From: Occultella glacieicola
GTDB taxonomy: Bacteria > Actinomycetota > Actinomycetes > Actinomycetales > Beutenbergiaceae
Length of the DNA: 64,000 bases
Assembly (NCBI RefSeq): GCF_004353825.1
Contig: NZ_SMNA01000006.1
Coordinates: forward strand, 310,001-374,000
Reading direction: 5' to 3'
Below, one piece after another: positions 1-9,239 of this stretch. The translations under genes and the position numbers were made by a program. Numbering within the stretch: position 1 is the first letter of the stretch; each line of letters begins with the position of its first letter. Under the pieces are notes generated by a model. That model did not search any database and was not told where the DNA came from. It saw only the letters and a list, made by a program, of their open reading frames with translations.

Positions 1-414
1 TACGGCATCGTCGCCGCGCCGGCCGGCCCGGACGGCGACCAGGCCTCCGGCCTCGGCGGGTTCGGCATGATCATCCCGGAGGGCGCGCCCAACGCCGAGG
101 GTGCCTGGGAGTTCATCACCTGGTGGACCACGCAGCCCGAGAACGGCGTCGCCTTCGCCGAGCTCAGCGGGAACATGCCGGCCAATCTCGAGGCCGCAGA
201 GGACCCGTTCTTCACCGAGAACGAGGCCTACTCCGCGCTCCTGGAGACCATGGCGTTCGCGACCGCACGGCCCACGATCCCCGGCTACTCCGACGCCGAG
301 GGGCAGGGGCTCATCCCCGAACTGCAGCGCTTCATGGCCGGTGAGATCAGCGCCCAGGAGGCCCTCGACAACGCCGAGGAGTCCTTCAACCGGATCCTGG
401 CCGAGAACGCCTGA
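1..414 (+). CDS. Sugar ABC transporter substrate-binding protein, C-terminal part (5' truncated)
   Basis: Frame 1 is open from base 1 (YGIVAAPAGPDG...GGFGMIIP...AWEFITWWT...GNMPA...GEISAQEALD), a typical SBP family 1 C-terminus; next to GH76 genes. Confidence 0.8.
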   Translation, partial: YGIVAAPAGPDGDQASGLGGFGMIIPEGAPNAEGAWEFITWWTTQPENGVAFAELSGNMPANLEAAEDPFFTENEAYSALLETMAFATARPTIPGYSDAEGQGLIPELQRFMAGEISAQEALDNAEESFNRILAENA

Positions 415-417
415 CCG

Positions 418-1491
418 ATGACGACCACGGAACGGCCCGACTGGGCCACGCGCGCCGACCTCGCCCACCGCAGCCTGGCGACGCTCTACGGCGCACCCGC
501 GCCGCAACTGCTGAACAACGCCCATCCCGCGGACGAGAACGCCACGTTCAACTACTGGTGGCTCGCCCACGCGATCGACGTCGCGATCGACGGCTGGGAC
601 CGCACCGGCGATCCGGCCCACCTGCGCACCGCCGTCGAGATCTTCGAGAACATCGTGGACCGGAACTCCGGGAACCTGTTCAACGACTACTTCGACGACA
701 TGCTGTGGCTCGGGCTGGCCCTGGAGCGGCTGTCCCGGGCCCCGGGCCACGAGCGGTACCTCGAGCCGGCCGCCGAGATCTGGCAACACTGCCTCGACGA
801 CGGCTGGAACGAGGTGATGGGCGGCGGGATCGCCTGGCGCAAGAGCCAGACGTACTACAAGAACACCCCGGCGAACGGGCCGTTCATCATCCTCGGTGCC
901 CGGCTCGCGTCCCGGTTCGAGGGTGACGGCCCCTACCTTCCCTGGGCACGGCGGACCATGGACTGGCTCACCGAGCACCTGGTGCGCTCCGACGGAACCG
1001 TGGAGGACGGCGTCAACCGTACCGACGACGGTCGCATCGACACGGACTGGCGCTACACCTACAACTACGGCCTGTTCATCGGAGCGTGCGTCGAGCTCTT
1101 CGCCCATGACGAGGACCCGGCCCGGTTGGGCCTCGCCGAGCGCAGCGCGCGCCGAGCGGTCGAGCTCCTCGCCACCGACGGGGTGTTCCCCGAGACCGGC
1201 GGCGGTGACGTGGGCCTGTTCAAGGGCATCTTCTACCGCTACCTGGACCAGCTGCTCGTCGTGCGGCCGTCGGCGGACCTGATCGCGTTCGTGCGGTCGG
1301 GCACCGACCGGCTCTGGGACGTGAGCTGGGCCGACCGGGTGGACTCCTCCGACGGCGTCCTCTGGGCCGGCGACGACTGGCGGGTGCCGGCCACGGCTCC
1401 GACGTCGATGTCCACCCAGCTCTCGGCCGTCATGGCGACCGAGATGCGGGCCCGCACCGAAGCACGTGAACTCACCCACGCGCCGCGCTGA
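418..1491 (+). CDS. Glycoside hydrolase family 76 (alpha-1,6-mannanase-like), no signal peptide
   Basis: NDYFDDMLW catalytic DD motif, GGIAW, YKNTPANGP, YTYNYG, GLFKGIFYRY. Confidence 0.88.
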   Translation: MTTTERPDWATRADLAHRSLATLYGAPAPQLLNNAHPADENATFNYWWLAHAIDVAIDGWDRTGDPAHLRTAVEIFENIVDRNSGNLFNDYFDDMLWLGLALERLSRAPGHERYLEPAAEIWQHCLDDGWNEVMGGGIAWRKSQTYYKNTPANGPFIILGARLASRFEGDGPYLPWARRTMDWLTEHLVRSDGTVEDGVNRTDDGRIDTDWRYTYNYGLFIGACVELFAHDEDPARLGLAERSARRAVELLATDGVFPETGGGDVGLFKGIFYRYLDQLLVVRPSADLIAFVRSGTDRLWDVSWADRVDSSDGVLWAGDDWRVPATAPTSMSTQLSAVMATEMRARTEARELTHAPR

Positions 1492-2686
1492 GCAGCCCCG
1501 CCCGGTGCCACCGGCAGAGGCGGCGATCACCCGCCGTCGGGCCCTGGCACTGGGCGGTGCCAGCGCCCTCGGTGCCGCCCTGCTCACCGCCTGCGGACCC
1601 GCGCCGGAACCGCCACCTCGGACCATCAGCGCGATGCCACCGGCGGATCCACGACGTGCCGCACCGTGGCGTGCCGAGGTGGTGCAGGCGGGCCTGGACG
1701 CGTACTTCGGCGCTCCGTCCCCCCAGCTGTTGCACTACGCCCATCCGGTCGACCCGGCGGCGGACGCGCCCTTCCACTACTGGTGGAACGCGCACGCGAT
1801 CGACACCGCCCTGGATGCGGCCGAACGCACCGGGGACCCAGCGGACCTCGACCGGGCGCAGGAGCTGCGCCGGAACCTGACCCTGCGCAACGGCGACGAG
1901 CTGTTCAACGACTTCTTCGACGACATGGGCTGGTTCGCCCTCGCCCTGCTCCGGCTCGCGAACGCCACCGGCGCGGCCGGTGACGAGAGCGCACTCGAGG
2001 ACGCGATCAGGCTGCACGACCACATCTGGGACCTCGGCTGGAGCAGGCAGGGCGGCGGGATCGTCTGGGAGAAGGGTCAGTACCACTACAAGAACACGCC
2101 CGCGAACGGACCGTTCGTGATCGCCGGCCACCGGCTGCACCGCGCCACCGGCGAGTCCAGGTTCCTCGAACGGGCCCGGGCCAGCCTGCAGTGGTGGGAG
2201 GAGACCCTGGTGGAGCCGAGCGGCTTCGTCCACGACGGCATCAACCGCAACCGGGACGGCGCGATCGACACCGACTGGCGGTTCACCTACAACCAGGGCC
2301 TTTACATCGGCGCGTGCGTCGAGGAGTTCCGGACCGGTGGTGATCCGGCCCGGCTCGAGCGCGCCGCCCTGACGATCGACGTCAGTCTGGCCGAGCTCAC
2401 CAACGGTCCGGTCTTCGCACCCGACGGGGACGGCGGCGACGCGGGCCTGTTCGCGGGCATCTTCTACCGGTACGCCGGTCAGTTCCTCGCCGAGGCCGAG
2501 CACCCCGCCCTCCGCGAGTTCATCACCACCAGCACCGACGCGCTCTTCGAGAACCAGTACCGCGGCGACGGCACGCTGCTGGCCGGGGACGACTGGTCGG
2601 CGCCGGCGCCGGCGAGCACCGACCTGTCCACCCAGCTCACCGCGGCGATGGCGACCGAGGTGGCGGCAGTCCTCGCGCGAGCCTGA
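1466..2686 (+). CDS. Glycoside hydrolase family 76, predicted Tat-exported lipoprotein (start may be GTG at 1505)
   Basis: TRRRAL twin-arginine signal plus LTAC lipobox; NDFFDDMGW, YKNTPANGP, FTYNQG motifs. Confidence 0.85.
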   Translation: MNSPTRRAEQPRPVPPAEAAITRRRALALGGASALGAALLTACGPAPEPPPRTISAMPPADPRRAAPWRAEVVQAGLDAYFGAPSPQLLHYAHPVDPAADAPFHYWWNAHAIDTALDAAERTGDPADLDRAQELRRNLTLRNGDELFNDFFDDMGWFALALLRLANATGAAGDESALEDAIRLHDHIWDLGWSRQGGGIVWEKGQYHYKNTPANGPFVIAGHRLHRATGESRFLERARASLQWWEETLVEPSGFVHDGINRNRDGAIDTDWRFTYNQGLYIGACVEEFRTGGDPARLERAALTIDVSLAELTNGPVFAPDGDGGDAGLFAGIFYRYAGQFLAEAEHPALREFITTSTDALFENQYRGDGTLLAGDDWSAPAPASTDLSTQLTAAMATEVAAVLARA

Positions 2687-2715
2687 ATCGAGTCGCGGTC
2701 GCCGGGTCGCCAGGC

Positions 2716-3690
2716 TCAGACCCAACCGCGACGGACGGCCTCCGCGCCGAGCTGGAACCGCGTGGCCACGCGGGTCAGCTCCATGAGCACGCTGACCCTG
2801 CGCTGCACGGTGCGTGCCGAGATGCCGAGCTGGCCCGCGATCCGCGCGTCGGTCAGGCCGACCATCAGCAGCGTCAGCAAGGACCGGTCCAGGTCCTCCA
2901 CCTCCTCGCCCACGACTCCCGGCTCGCCCTCGTCGGTGAGGCGTGCTGCGCGCGACCACGTCGACTCGAACACCTCCACCAGCAGGTCCAACAGGCTCGA
3001 CGGGTGCACGAGGATCGCACCGTAATGCTCATCGGTCGTGCGGCGCATCGGCAGCAGGGCGATGTCGTCATCGATGATGAGCAGCCGGGTCGGCAGCGTC
3101 GGCGCCACCCGCACGTACTCGCCGTACGGCAGCGCCTCCCGGGCGGCCGCATAGAAGTGGGCGTCGTCCATGACACCGCGCTCGACGAGCACCCGGTACC
3201 GGACGCCCCGCAGCAGGGCACGTTCCTCCTCGGCGTTCTCCTCCGCAGACACGAACGGTACGTCCGAGCGGACGAAGGCCCGCACCTGGTGCGCCGCGGC
3301 CGCCTGGAGCTGGGCGAACCGCTGCCGGACGGCGTCGGCACCGAGAACGACGTCGACGACGTCCGCAGCCGTGCGGCCCGCGAGCGACTCCCGATAGACG
3401 GCCTCGAGGTCGACGAGGTCGGAGCGAACGGTATCTAGTCGACGTTCCTGCTCGGCCAGGAGCGCCCGGAGCGCGATGCCCGGTGGGGACGCCACCGCAC
3501 GCTCGGAGTCCGCCCCCTGCCGCGCCGCGAGACCCATCGTCTCGAGGGCAGCGAGTAGCTCGGTCACCCGTCCGACCGCGAGAGCGACGTCCGACGCCAG
3601 CTCGGCGGCCGTGGCGGACGGTCGCGCGACCAGCGCGCGATACACCCGCGCCGAGTCCTCGTCCAACCCGATCCCATCAAGCATGTACAT
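2716..3690 (-). CDS. TrmB-like N-terminal HTH / C-terminal LuxR-HTH transcriptional regulator
   Basis: MLDGIGLDEDSARVYRALV N-terminus; C-terminal GLTDARIAGQLGISARTVQRRV...TRFQLG; start re-called to ATG 3690 (or 3684). Confidence 0.82.
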   Translation of the reverse strand: MYMLDGIGLDEDSARVYRALVARPSATAAELASDVALAVGRVTELLAALETMGLAARQGADSERAVASPPGIALRALLAEQERRLDTVRSDLVDLEAVYRESLAGRTAADVVDVVLGADAVRQRFAQLQAAAAHQVRAFVRSDVPFVSAEENAEEERALLRGVRYRVLVERGVMDDAHFYAAAREALPYGEYVRVAPTLPTRLLIIDDDIALLPMRRTTDEHYGAILVHPSSLLDLLVEVFESTWSRAARLTDEGEPGVVGEEVEDLDRSLLTLLMVGLTDARIAGQLGISARTVQRRVSVLMELTRVATRFQLGAEAVRRGWV

Positions 3691-3724
3691 CGCCTCATTC
3701 TCCCGAGCGGGCGGGCGGCCGGGG

Positions 3725-3781
3725 TGTCGAGAATCTGCCATGGCGTAAAGACGCCACCCACAGTGCCACTCCGTGTGGCAC
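3725..3781. promoter_or_regulatory. Palindromic operator cluster between the divergent regulator and S8 protease genes
   Basis: TGTCGAGAATCTGCCA (3725-3740), TGGCGTAAAGACGCCA (3741-3756), GTGCCAC-N5-GTGGCAC (3763-3781). Confidence 0.5.
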
Positions 3782-3822
3782 TTTGTCTCCACCCGACCTC
3801 TTCGTCCCCCGGAAGGCCACCC

Positions 3823-6800
3823 GTGCGCGCTCGACCTCCCCGCTCCTCCGCCCGTCGCCGCGGCACCCGTTCGGCGCTCGCCGGACTCGCCGCCGCCCTC
3901 GTCCTGACGTCCGGGTCGTTCGCGGCCGCAGACCCCGGTGACGGCGCAGACGCCGGTTCGGGAGGATCCGGTCACGGAGCCGGTGCGGCCACTCCCGCGG
4001 ACCGTCACACCATCACGCTCCTCACCGGTGACGTCGTCACCCTCACCGACCTCGCGGACGGCAGCCGGACCGTCGACATCGAGCCGGCGGACCCGGCGGC
4101 GCTCGTCCGGACCTACGTCGTCGACGACCACATCCACGTCATCCCCGAGGCGGCGCTGCCCTACCTCGCGTCCGGCGCCCTCGACGACGCGCTGTTCGAC
4201 GTCTCGCAGCTCGTCGAGTTCGGGTTCGACGACGCGTCCGTGGCCGCGACCCCGGTCATCGTCGAGTACGCCGGCGGCCCGACGCCACGCACCGCACCGG
4301 TCACCGGTCTCGACCTCGAGGTCCCGCTGACCAGCATCGGTGGAGCCGCCGGTGGCGCCGACCGCTCGGTCGCGGAGCAGGCCTGGGCCGAGCTCACCTC
4401 GTCATCCCGACGGCTCGCTGCGGCGGGCACACTCGCGGGCGGGATCGAGACGATCCACCTGGACGCCCCCGTCGAGGCCTACCTCGACACCAGCGTCGGC
4501 TACATCGGAGCGCCCCAGGCCTGGGCCGCCGGATTCGACGGCACCGGCGTGCGCGTCGCCATCCTCGACAGCGGCGTCGACGCCGCTCACCCCGACCTGG
4601 CCGGGGCCGTGATCGAGTCCCAGAGCTTCGTGCCCGGTGAGAGCGTCGACGACGTCAACGGTCACGGCACGCACGTCGCCGCCACGGTCGCCGGCTCGGG
4701 TGCGGCGTCCGACGGGCTCTACAGCGGGGTGGCGCCCGGAGCGGACCTCCTCGTCGGCAAGGTGCTCGGCGACAACGGCGAGGGCCTCACCTCCTGGATC
4801 ATCGAGGGCATGGAATGGGGCGCGGCGAACGCCGATGTCGTCTCCATGAGCCTCGGCAGCCGCGAGCCGTCGGACGGCACCGACATCATGTCCGAGGCGC
4901 TGAACGAGATCACCGCCGAGACCGGCACGCTGTTCGTGGTCGCCGCCGGCAACAGCGCCGCACCGGGCACGATCGGCGCGCCCGCCGCGGCCTCCTCCTC
5001 GCTCGCGATCGGCTCGGTCGACGACACCACGGAGGAACTCTCCTGGTTCTCCAGCCAGGGTCCGCTGTCCGGCTCGGGCGGACTGAAGCCGGACGTCAGC
5101 GCGCCTGGCTCCGGCATCACAGCGGCCCGCTCACAGTTCTCTCCTGGAGAGGGCTCGTACGTGAGCATGGACGGGACGTCGATGGCGACGCCGCACGTCT
5201 CCGGCGCCGCGGCGATCGCACTGCAGGCGGACCCGACGCTCACCGCGCAGCAGCTCAAGGATCTGCTGGTCAGCTCGGCGCGCGACCTCGGCTTCACGCC
5301 GTACCAGGCGGGCAGCGGCGTCATCGACGTCGTGGGCGCCGTCGAGCGCGACGTGTTCGCGACCGGCAGCGCCGACTTCGGGATGCTCCCGTGGGGCGAG
5401 TCCGTCGGCACCGTGGACCGCGACGTGACCTTCACGAACCGGTCCGACACCGACCTGACGCTCGATCTCGCGCTGTCCGTCGCCGTCACGACCCCGGGCG
5501 AGGGTGACGGCGGCGGTGGCGTCGAGCCGGGCGTCGCGCCCGGCAGCACGACACTCGCGGCGGATGACGCCGTCCTGCTGCCGCAGGCGCAGGTGACGGT
5601 GCCCGCGGGCGGCACGGCATCGGTCACGCTCTCCGGCGATCACGCAGCCCTCGCACCGGGCGAGCAGCTGTCCGGGACCCTGGTCGGGTCCGTGGCCGGT
5701 GAGCCCGTCACCCGCACCTCGATCGGCATGATCACCGAGGCCGAGCGCTACGACCTGACGCTGCGCGCCACCGGGATCGATGGTCAGCCGGCCACGATGT
5801 ACGCGATGTTCTTCAACCTCGACACGCGCAGCGCCGAGAGCATCCCCGTCGACGGCGAGACGACGCTACGCCTGCCGGCCGGCCGGTACAGCGCCATGGC
5901 GTTCGCCGACGTCGAGACGGCGCCCGGCACCGACGCCATCGCACTCGTCGGCGACCCGGACATCGTGCTCGACGCCGACGCCACGGTCGAGCTGGACGTC
6001 CGCACCGCGGATCGGGTCACAGTCGACGTCGGTCGCGACGACCTGTCCGCCGAGAACCGGCGCATGGACTTCAGCGTCGAGCAGATGATGGGCTCGGCGA
6101 TCATCCCGCTCCTCGTCGACGAGCTGCTCGCCCAACCGCTCGTCGCCGAGAGCGCCTCGGACTTCGGGTTCACGACGCGCTGGCGCCTGCGCGACCCGCG
6201 CATCTCCCTCACGCTCGACGGCGCCGACCTCGGCGCCCGCGAGCAGCCCGCCGCGCCCTACCTCGACGGCGAGCTGTCCGCGACCGCCACCGACCTCGGC
6301 ACCGGGAGCAGCGCCGACGTGGCGGGCGTCTCGCTGGACGGCGGGATCGCCGTCGTCCGCACCTCCACCGAGGTGGGGCCGGTGGAGCGTGCCGCGAACG
6401 TCGCCGCCACCGGGGCGTCCCTGCTCGTCGTCGTCCAGGGCGAGGAGTCCCTCGAGTGGTACGGGGACGACTACGGCAACGACGCACCCCTACCGGTCGC
6501 CGCGATCAGCGGCGCGGCCGGTCAGACCCTGCTGGACGCGCTTGCCGCTGGCGAGGTGGACCTCGGCGCCGTCGGGAGGCCGGTGGCCGACGACGTCTAC
6601 GACATCCAGCTCTACACCGATGGCGAGATCCCGGAGAACCCGACGAAGGTCGCCGATGACCTGGCGCTCGTCACGACGACCTACCACGGCGCCGAGACCA
6701 CCCTCGTCGGCGAGTTCCGCTACGACTTCGCCCCGGGTGTCGAGGTCGGTCAAGGCTTCCGGTTCGCCACCGATCGGCCCGCGGTGCGACGCGAGTGGGT

Positions 6801-7929
6801 GAGCACCACCGACGTCGCGTGGTACCAGGACGCCACCGACATCGCCTCGACATGGGAGGTCCGTGACGTCCGACGCACCTACACCGCCGGCGATGAGCTG
6901 GAGGCGTCGTACTTCTCGCCGATCGTGCGGCCATACGTCGGAGCGGGGTTCTGGGCTCCGTTCCGGCAGGCCGACATCGTGCAGGTGAACCTGCCGTCGT
7001 GGGCGGATGGCGGCAGTGCGCACCATACCGGGATACTGGACGTGTTCTCGGGCCTGCCCGGCATCAGCCAGTTCACCCAGTTGTACGTCGACGACGTGCT
7101 CGTGGTGGAGTCCGGGTTCCAGGGGGTGACGACCTGGGGCCTGCCGGCCGAGGAGTCCCGCTTCCGGATCGTCAACACCACCTCGCACGACGCTGCGGTG
7201 CTGGCGACGTCGACCGCGACCCGGACCGAGTGGGCGTTCGACTCCTCGGCCACCGACGCCGAGAGCGTCCTGCCGATGATCCAGGCGTTCTACGACGTCG
7301 ACGCCGCGATCGACGGCACGGTCGGCACCGGCCGGACCGATGGAGAGCCGGTTCCGCTCGCGATCGAGCTCGGGCATCTGGCGGGCGCCTCCGGGTCCGC
7401 GGCGCTCTCCTCCGTGAGCGCCGAGTTCTCGACCGATGCCGGCGTCACCTGGCAGGCGCTCGAGCTCGCCGAGACAACGGCGGTCCCGGAGTCCGGCGCC
7501 GTGACACCCCTGGCGTTCGTGGGTGAACGCGAGCACGTGCGCAGCTTCGACACCGCGGTTCCCGTGCCCGACGGCGGTGGAACCGTCTCCCTGCGAGTCC
7601 TCGCCGCCGACGCGGCCGGGAGCACGTTCAGCCAGGAGATCGCGGCAGCGTTCGTCGTGGCCCCCGCGCTGGACCCGGTCGATCCGACGGATCCGCCGAC
7701 CGACCCGGGCACCCCGACCGACCCGGGCACGCCACCGGCCGGCCCGGACGGCCCCGGTGACCCCGGACCCGGCGACCCGACGGACGCCGGCGCCGGACCG
7801 ATCGGCCCCAGCGGCTCCCTTCCCAGTACCGGCGCAACCATCGGCCTGCTGGTGCTGCTCGCGGCCGCGACAACCGGCGCCGGACTGCTCCTGCGGCGCC
7901 GGGCGGCCCTGGCTCACCTGCGCGGGTAG
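3823..7929 (+). CDS. Large secreted S8 (subtilisin-like) serine protease, sortase-anchored
   Basis: Signal peptide; catalytic triad motifs ILDSG, HGTHVA, GTSMATPHV; PA-like region; Pro-rich linker, LPSTG, TM helix and RRR tail; GGAAGG before GTG 3823. Confidence 0.92.
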   Translation: MRARPPRSSARRRGTRSALAGLAAALVLTSGSFAAADPGDGADAGSGGSGHGAGAATPADRHTITLLTGDVVTLTDLADGSRTVDIEPADPAALVRTYVVDDHIHVIPEAALPYLASGALDDALFDVSQLVEFGFDDASVAATPVIVEYAGGPTPRTAPVTGLDLEVPLTSIGGAAGGADRSVAEQAWAELTSSSRRLAAAGTLAGGIETIHLDAPVEAYLDTSVGYIGAPQAWAAGFDGTGVRVAILDSGVDAAHPDLAGAVIESQSFVPGESVDDVNGHGTHVAATVAGSGAASDGLYSGVAPGADLLVGKVLGDNGEGLTSWIIEGMEWGAANADVVSMSLGSREPSDGTDIMSEALNEITAETGTLFVVAAGNSAAPGTIGAPAAASSSLAIGSVDDTTEELSWFSSQGPLSGSGGLKPDVSAPGSGITAARSQFSPGEGSYVSMDGTSMATPHVSGAAAIALQADPTLTAQQLKDLLVSSARDLGFTPYQAGSGVIDVVGAVERDVFATGSADFGMLPWGESVGTVDRDVTFTNRSDTDLTLDLALSVAVTTPGEGDGGGGVEPGVAPGSTTLAADDAVLLPQAQVTVPAGGTASVTLSGDHAALAPGEQLSGTLVGSVAGEPVTRTSIGMITEAERYDLTLRATGIDGQPATMYAMFFNLDTRSAESIPVDGETTLRLPAGRYSAMAFADVETAPGTDAIALVGDPDIVLDADATVELDVRTADRVTVDVGRDDLSAENRRMDFSVEQMMGSAIIPLLVDELLAQPLVAESASDFGFTTRWRLRDPRISLTLDGADLGAREQPAAPYLDGELSATATDLGTGSSADVAGVSLDGGIAVVRTSTEVGPVERAANVAATGASLLVVVQGEESLEWYGDDYGNDAPLPVAAISGAAGQTLLDALAAGEVDLGAVGRPVADDVYDIQLYTDGEIPENPTKVADDLALVTTTYHGAETTLVGEFRYDFAPGVEVGQGFRFATDRPAVRREWVSTTDVAWYQDATDIASTWEVRDVRRTYTAGDELEASYFSPIVRPYVGAGFWAPFRQADIVQVNLPSWADGGSAHHTGILDVFSGLPGISQFTQLYVDDVLVVESGFQGVTTWGLPAEESRFRIVNTTSHDAAVLATSTATRTEWAFDSSATDAESVLPMIQAFYDVDAAIDGTVGTGRTDGEPVPLAIELGHLAGASGSAALSSVSAEFSTDAGVTWQALELAETTAVPESGAVTPLAFVGEREHVRSFDTAVPVPDGGGTVSLRVLAADAAGSTFSQEIAAAFVVAPALDPVDPTDPPTDPGTPTDPGTPPAGPDGPGDPGPGDPTDAGAGPIGPSGSLPSTGATIGLLVLLAAATTGAGLLLRRRAALAHLRG

Positions 7930-8003
7930 GGCGGATCGGGACGAGCGCGCACCTACACCACCCCGGCCGCGCGCTCGTCCCGTGGTGCGCCCGCAGGTGC
8001 CGC

Positions 8004-9110
8004 TCAGGCGCGCGGAGGCGCCGTGGTCTCGCCGACCACGAGTTCGGTGGGCAGCACCTGCTTGGCGACCCGGCCCCGCTCGGTCAGCTGGGCGAGGACC
8101 GACTCCAGGGTCGCCTCGCCGAGCGCGTGCTCGTGCTGGTCGATGTGGGTGAACCGGCGCACCTCGTCGTCGAACACGTGCTGCGGGGCATCGAACGACA
8201 CGACCGAGACGTCCCGGGGCACCTCCAGCTCGAGCTCGCGCAGGGCCCGGACCAGTAGCAGCCCGACGGCGTGCTCGGAGGCCACGAATCCGGTCAGTTG
8301 GGAGTTGGCGGTCAGGAACTCCTTGAGGCTGGCGAGGTCGTCCGCCACGCTCACCTCGTGGTCGGGGACCACCGAGGAGACCTTCCGGTACTCGTGCACG
8401 GAACTGAACGCCAGCCCGTGCTCGGCGTGGGCGTACACGAAGCCGCGGTGCCGGTCGTCGAGCGTGGACACGGTTCCGGAGGAGGTGATCAGCCCGATGT
8501 TGCGGTGCCCGAGCCCGAACAGGTGCTCGGCGGCGGCCCGGCCGGAGGCCACGTTGTCCGAGCACACGGTCGAGACCGGCAGTCCGTCCAGGTTCCGGTC
8601 CAGGATCACGAGCGGGAGCTGTGCCGAGACCAGGTCGAGGATCGCCGGGGCGATCCACTCCGAGGAGCCGGGCTGCAGGATCAGGCCGTCCACCCCGAGG
8701 TCGCGGTACTGGGCGAGCAGCCCCTGCTCACGGTCGTGGAAGCCCTCGGTCCGACCGAGCACCACGTTCGCCCGGCCGAGGCTGGCATCGAGGATGCCCC
8801 ACAGCACCCTGGTGCCGAAGCTGTCGTCGAAGCTGGTCAGCACGCAGCCGATCGTCGGCAGCGTCGTGGACCTGCGGTCCGGGCTGGGCCCTGCCGTCCG
8901 CGAGATCACCTCGGAGCCGAGCCGGGGGCGCCGCTTGATGTACCCGTCCCGGTCCAGCAGGTCCAGGGCGTGCTTGATCGTGATCGTGGAGACGCCGAAC
9001 TCCTCGGCGAGCTGGCTCTGCGTGGGCAGCCGCTCCCCCACGGCGATCGCGCCCGACTCGATCCGGCCCTGCAGGCTGGCGAAGACCCGGGCGTACAGCG
9101 CGTCGTTCAT
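8004..9110 (-). CDS. GntR winged-helix plus LacI-type sugar-binding domain regulator (AraR-like architecture)
   Basis: GERLPTQSQLAEEFGVSTITIKHAL; DNVASGRAAAEHL..LGHRNIG; VPRDVSVVSFD. Confidence 0.88.
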   Translation of the reverse strand: MNDALYARVFASLQGRIESGAIAVGERLPTQSQLAEEFGVSTITIKHALDLLDRDGYIKRRPRLGSEVISRTAGPSPDRRSTTLPTIGCVLTSFDDSFGTRVLWGILDASLGRANVVLGRTEGFHDREQGLLAQYRDLGVDGLILQPGSSEWIAPAILDLVSAQLPLVILDRNLDGLPVSTVCSDNVASGRAAAEHLFGLGHRNIGLITSSGTVSTLDDRHRGFVYAHAEHGLAFSSVHEYRKVSSVVPDHEVSVADDLASLKEFLTANSQLTGFVASEHAVGLLLVRALRELELEVPRDVSVVSFDAPQHVFDDEVRRFTHIDQHEHALGEATLESVLAQLTERGRVAKQVLPTELVVGETTAPPRA

Positions 9111-9180
9111 CGTGACCTCTCTGGGAAGAATCAATATGTCCAGAGCGTAGCGCAGCGCGTCCGTCTCCACGTCGATCCGC

Positions 9181-9230
9181 GCCGATCCGGGCCGATGCGG
9201 GCCGATGCGGGCCGATGCGGGCCGATGCGG
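9181..9230. repeat. Intergenic 10-bp tandem repeat (GCCGATGCGG x4 plus a degenerate copy)
   Basis: GCCGATCCGG followed by four exact GCCGATGCGG copies. Confidence 0.9.
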
Positions 9231-9239
9231 GCCGGAGCG

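Noticed and set aside
6490..8658. 722-aa minus-strand ORF
   Set aside because: Shadow of the S8 protease and GntR-LacI genes; Arg/Gly/Pro-rich with no motifs, as expected in high-GC DNA
9181..9230. CRISPR array
   Set aside because: 10-bp head-to-tail units with no spacers and no cas genes; the same applies to repeats at 36326 and 56352
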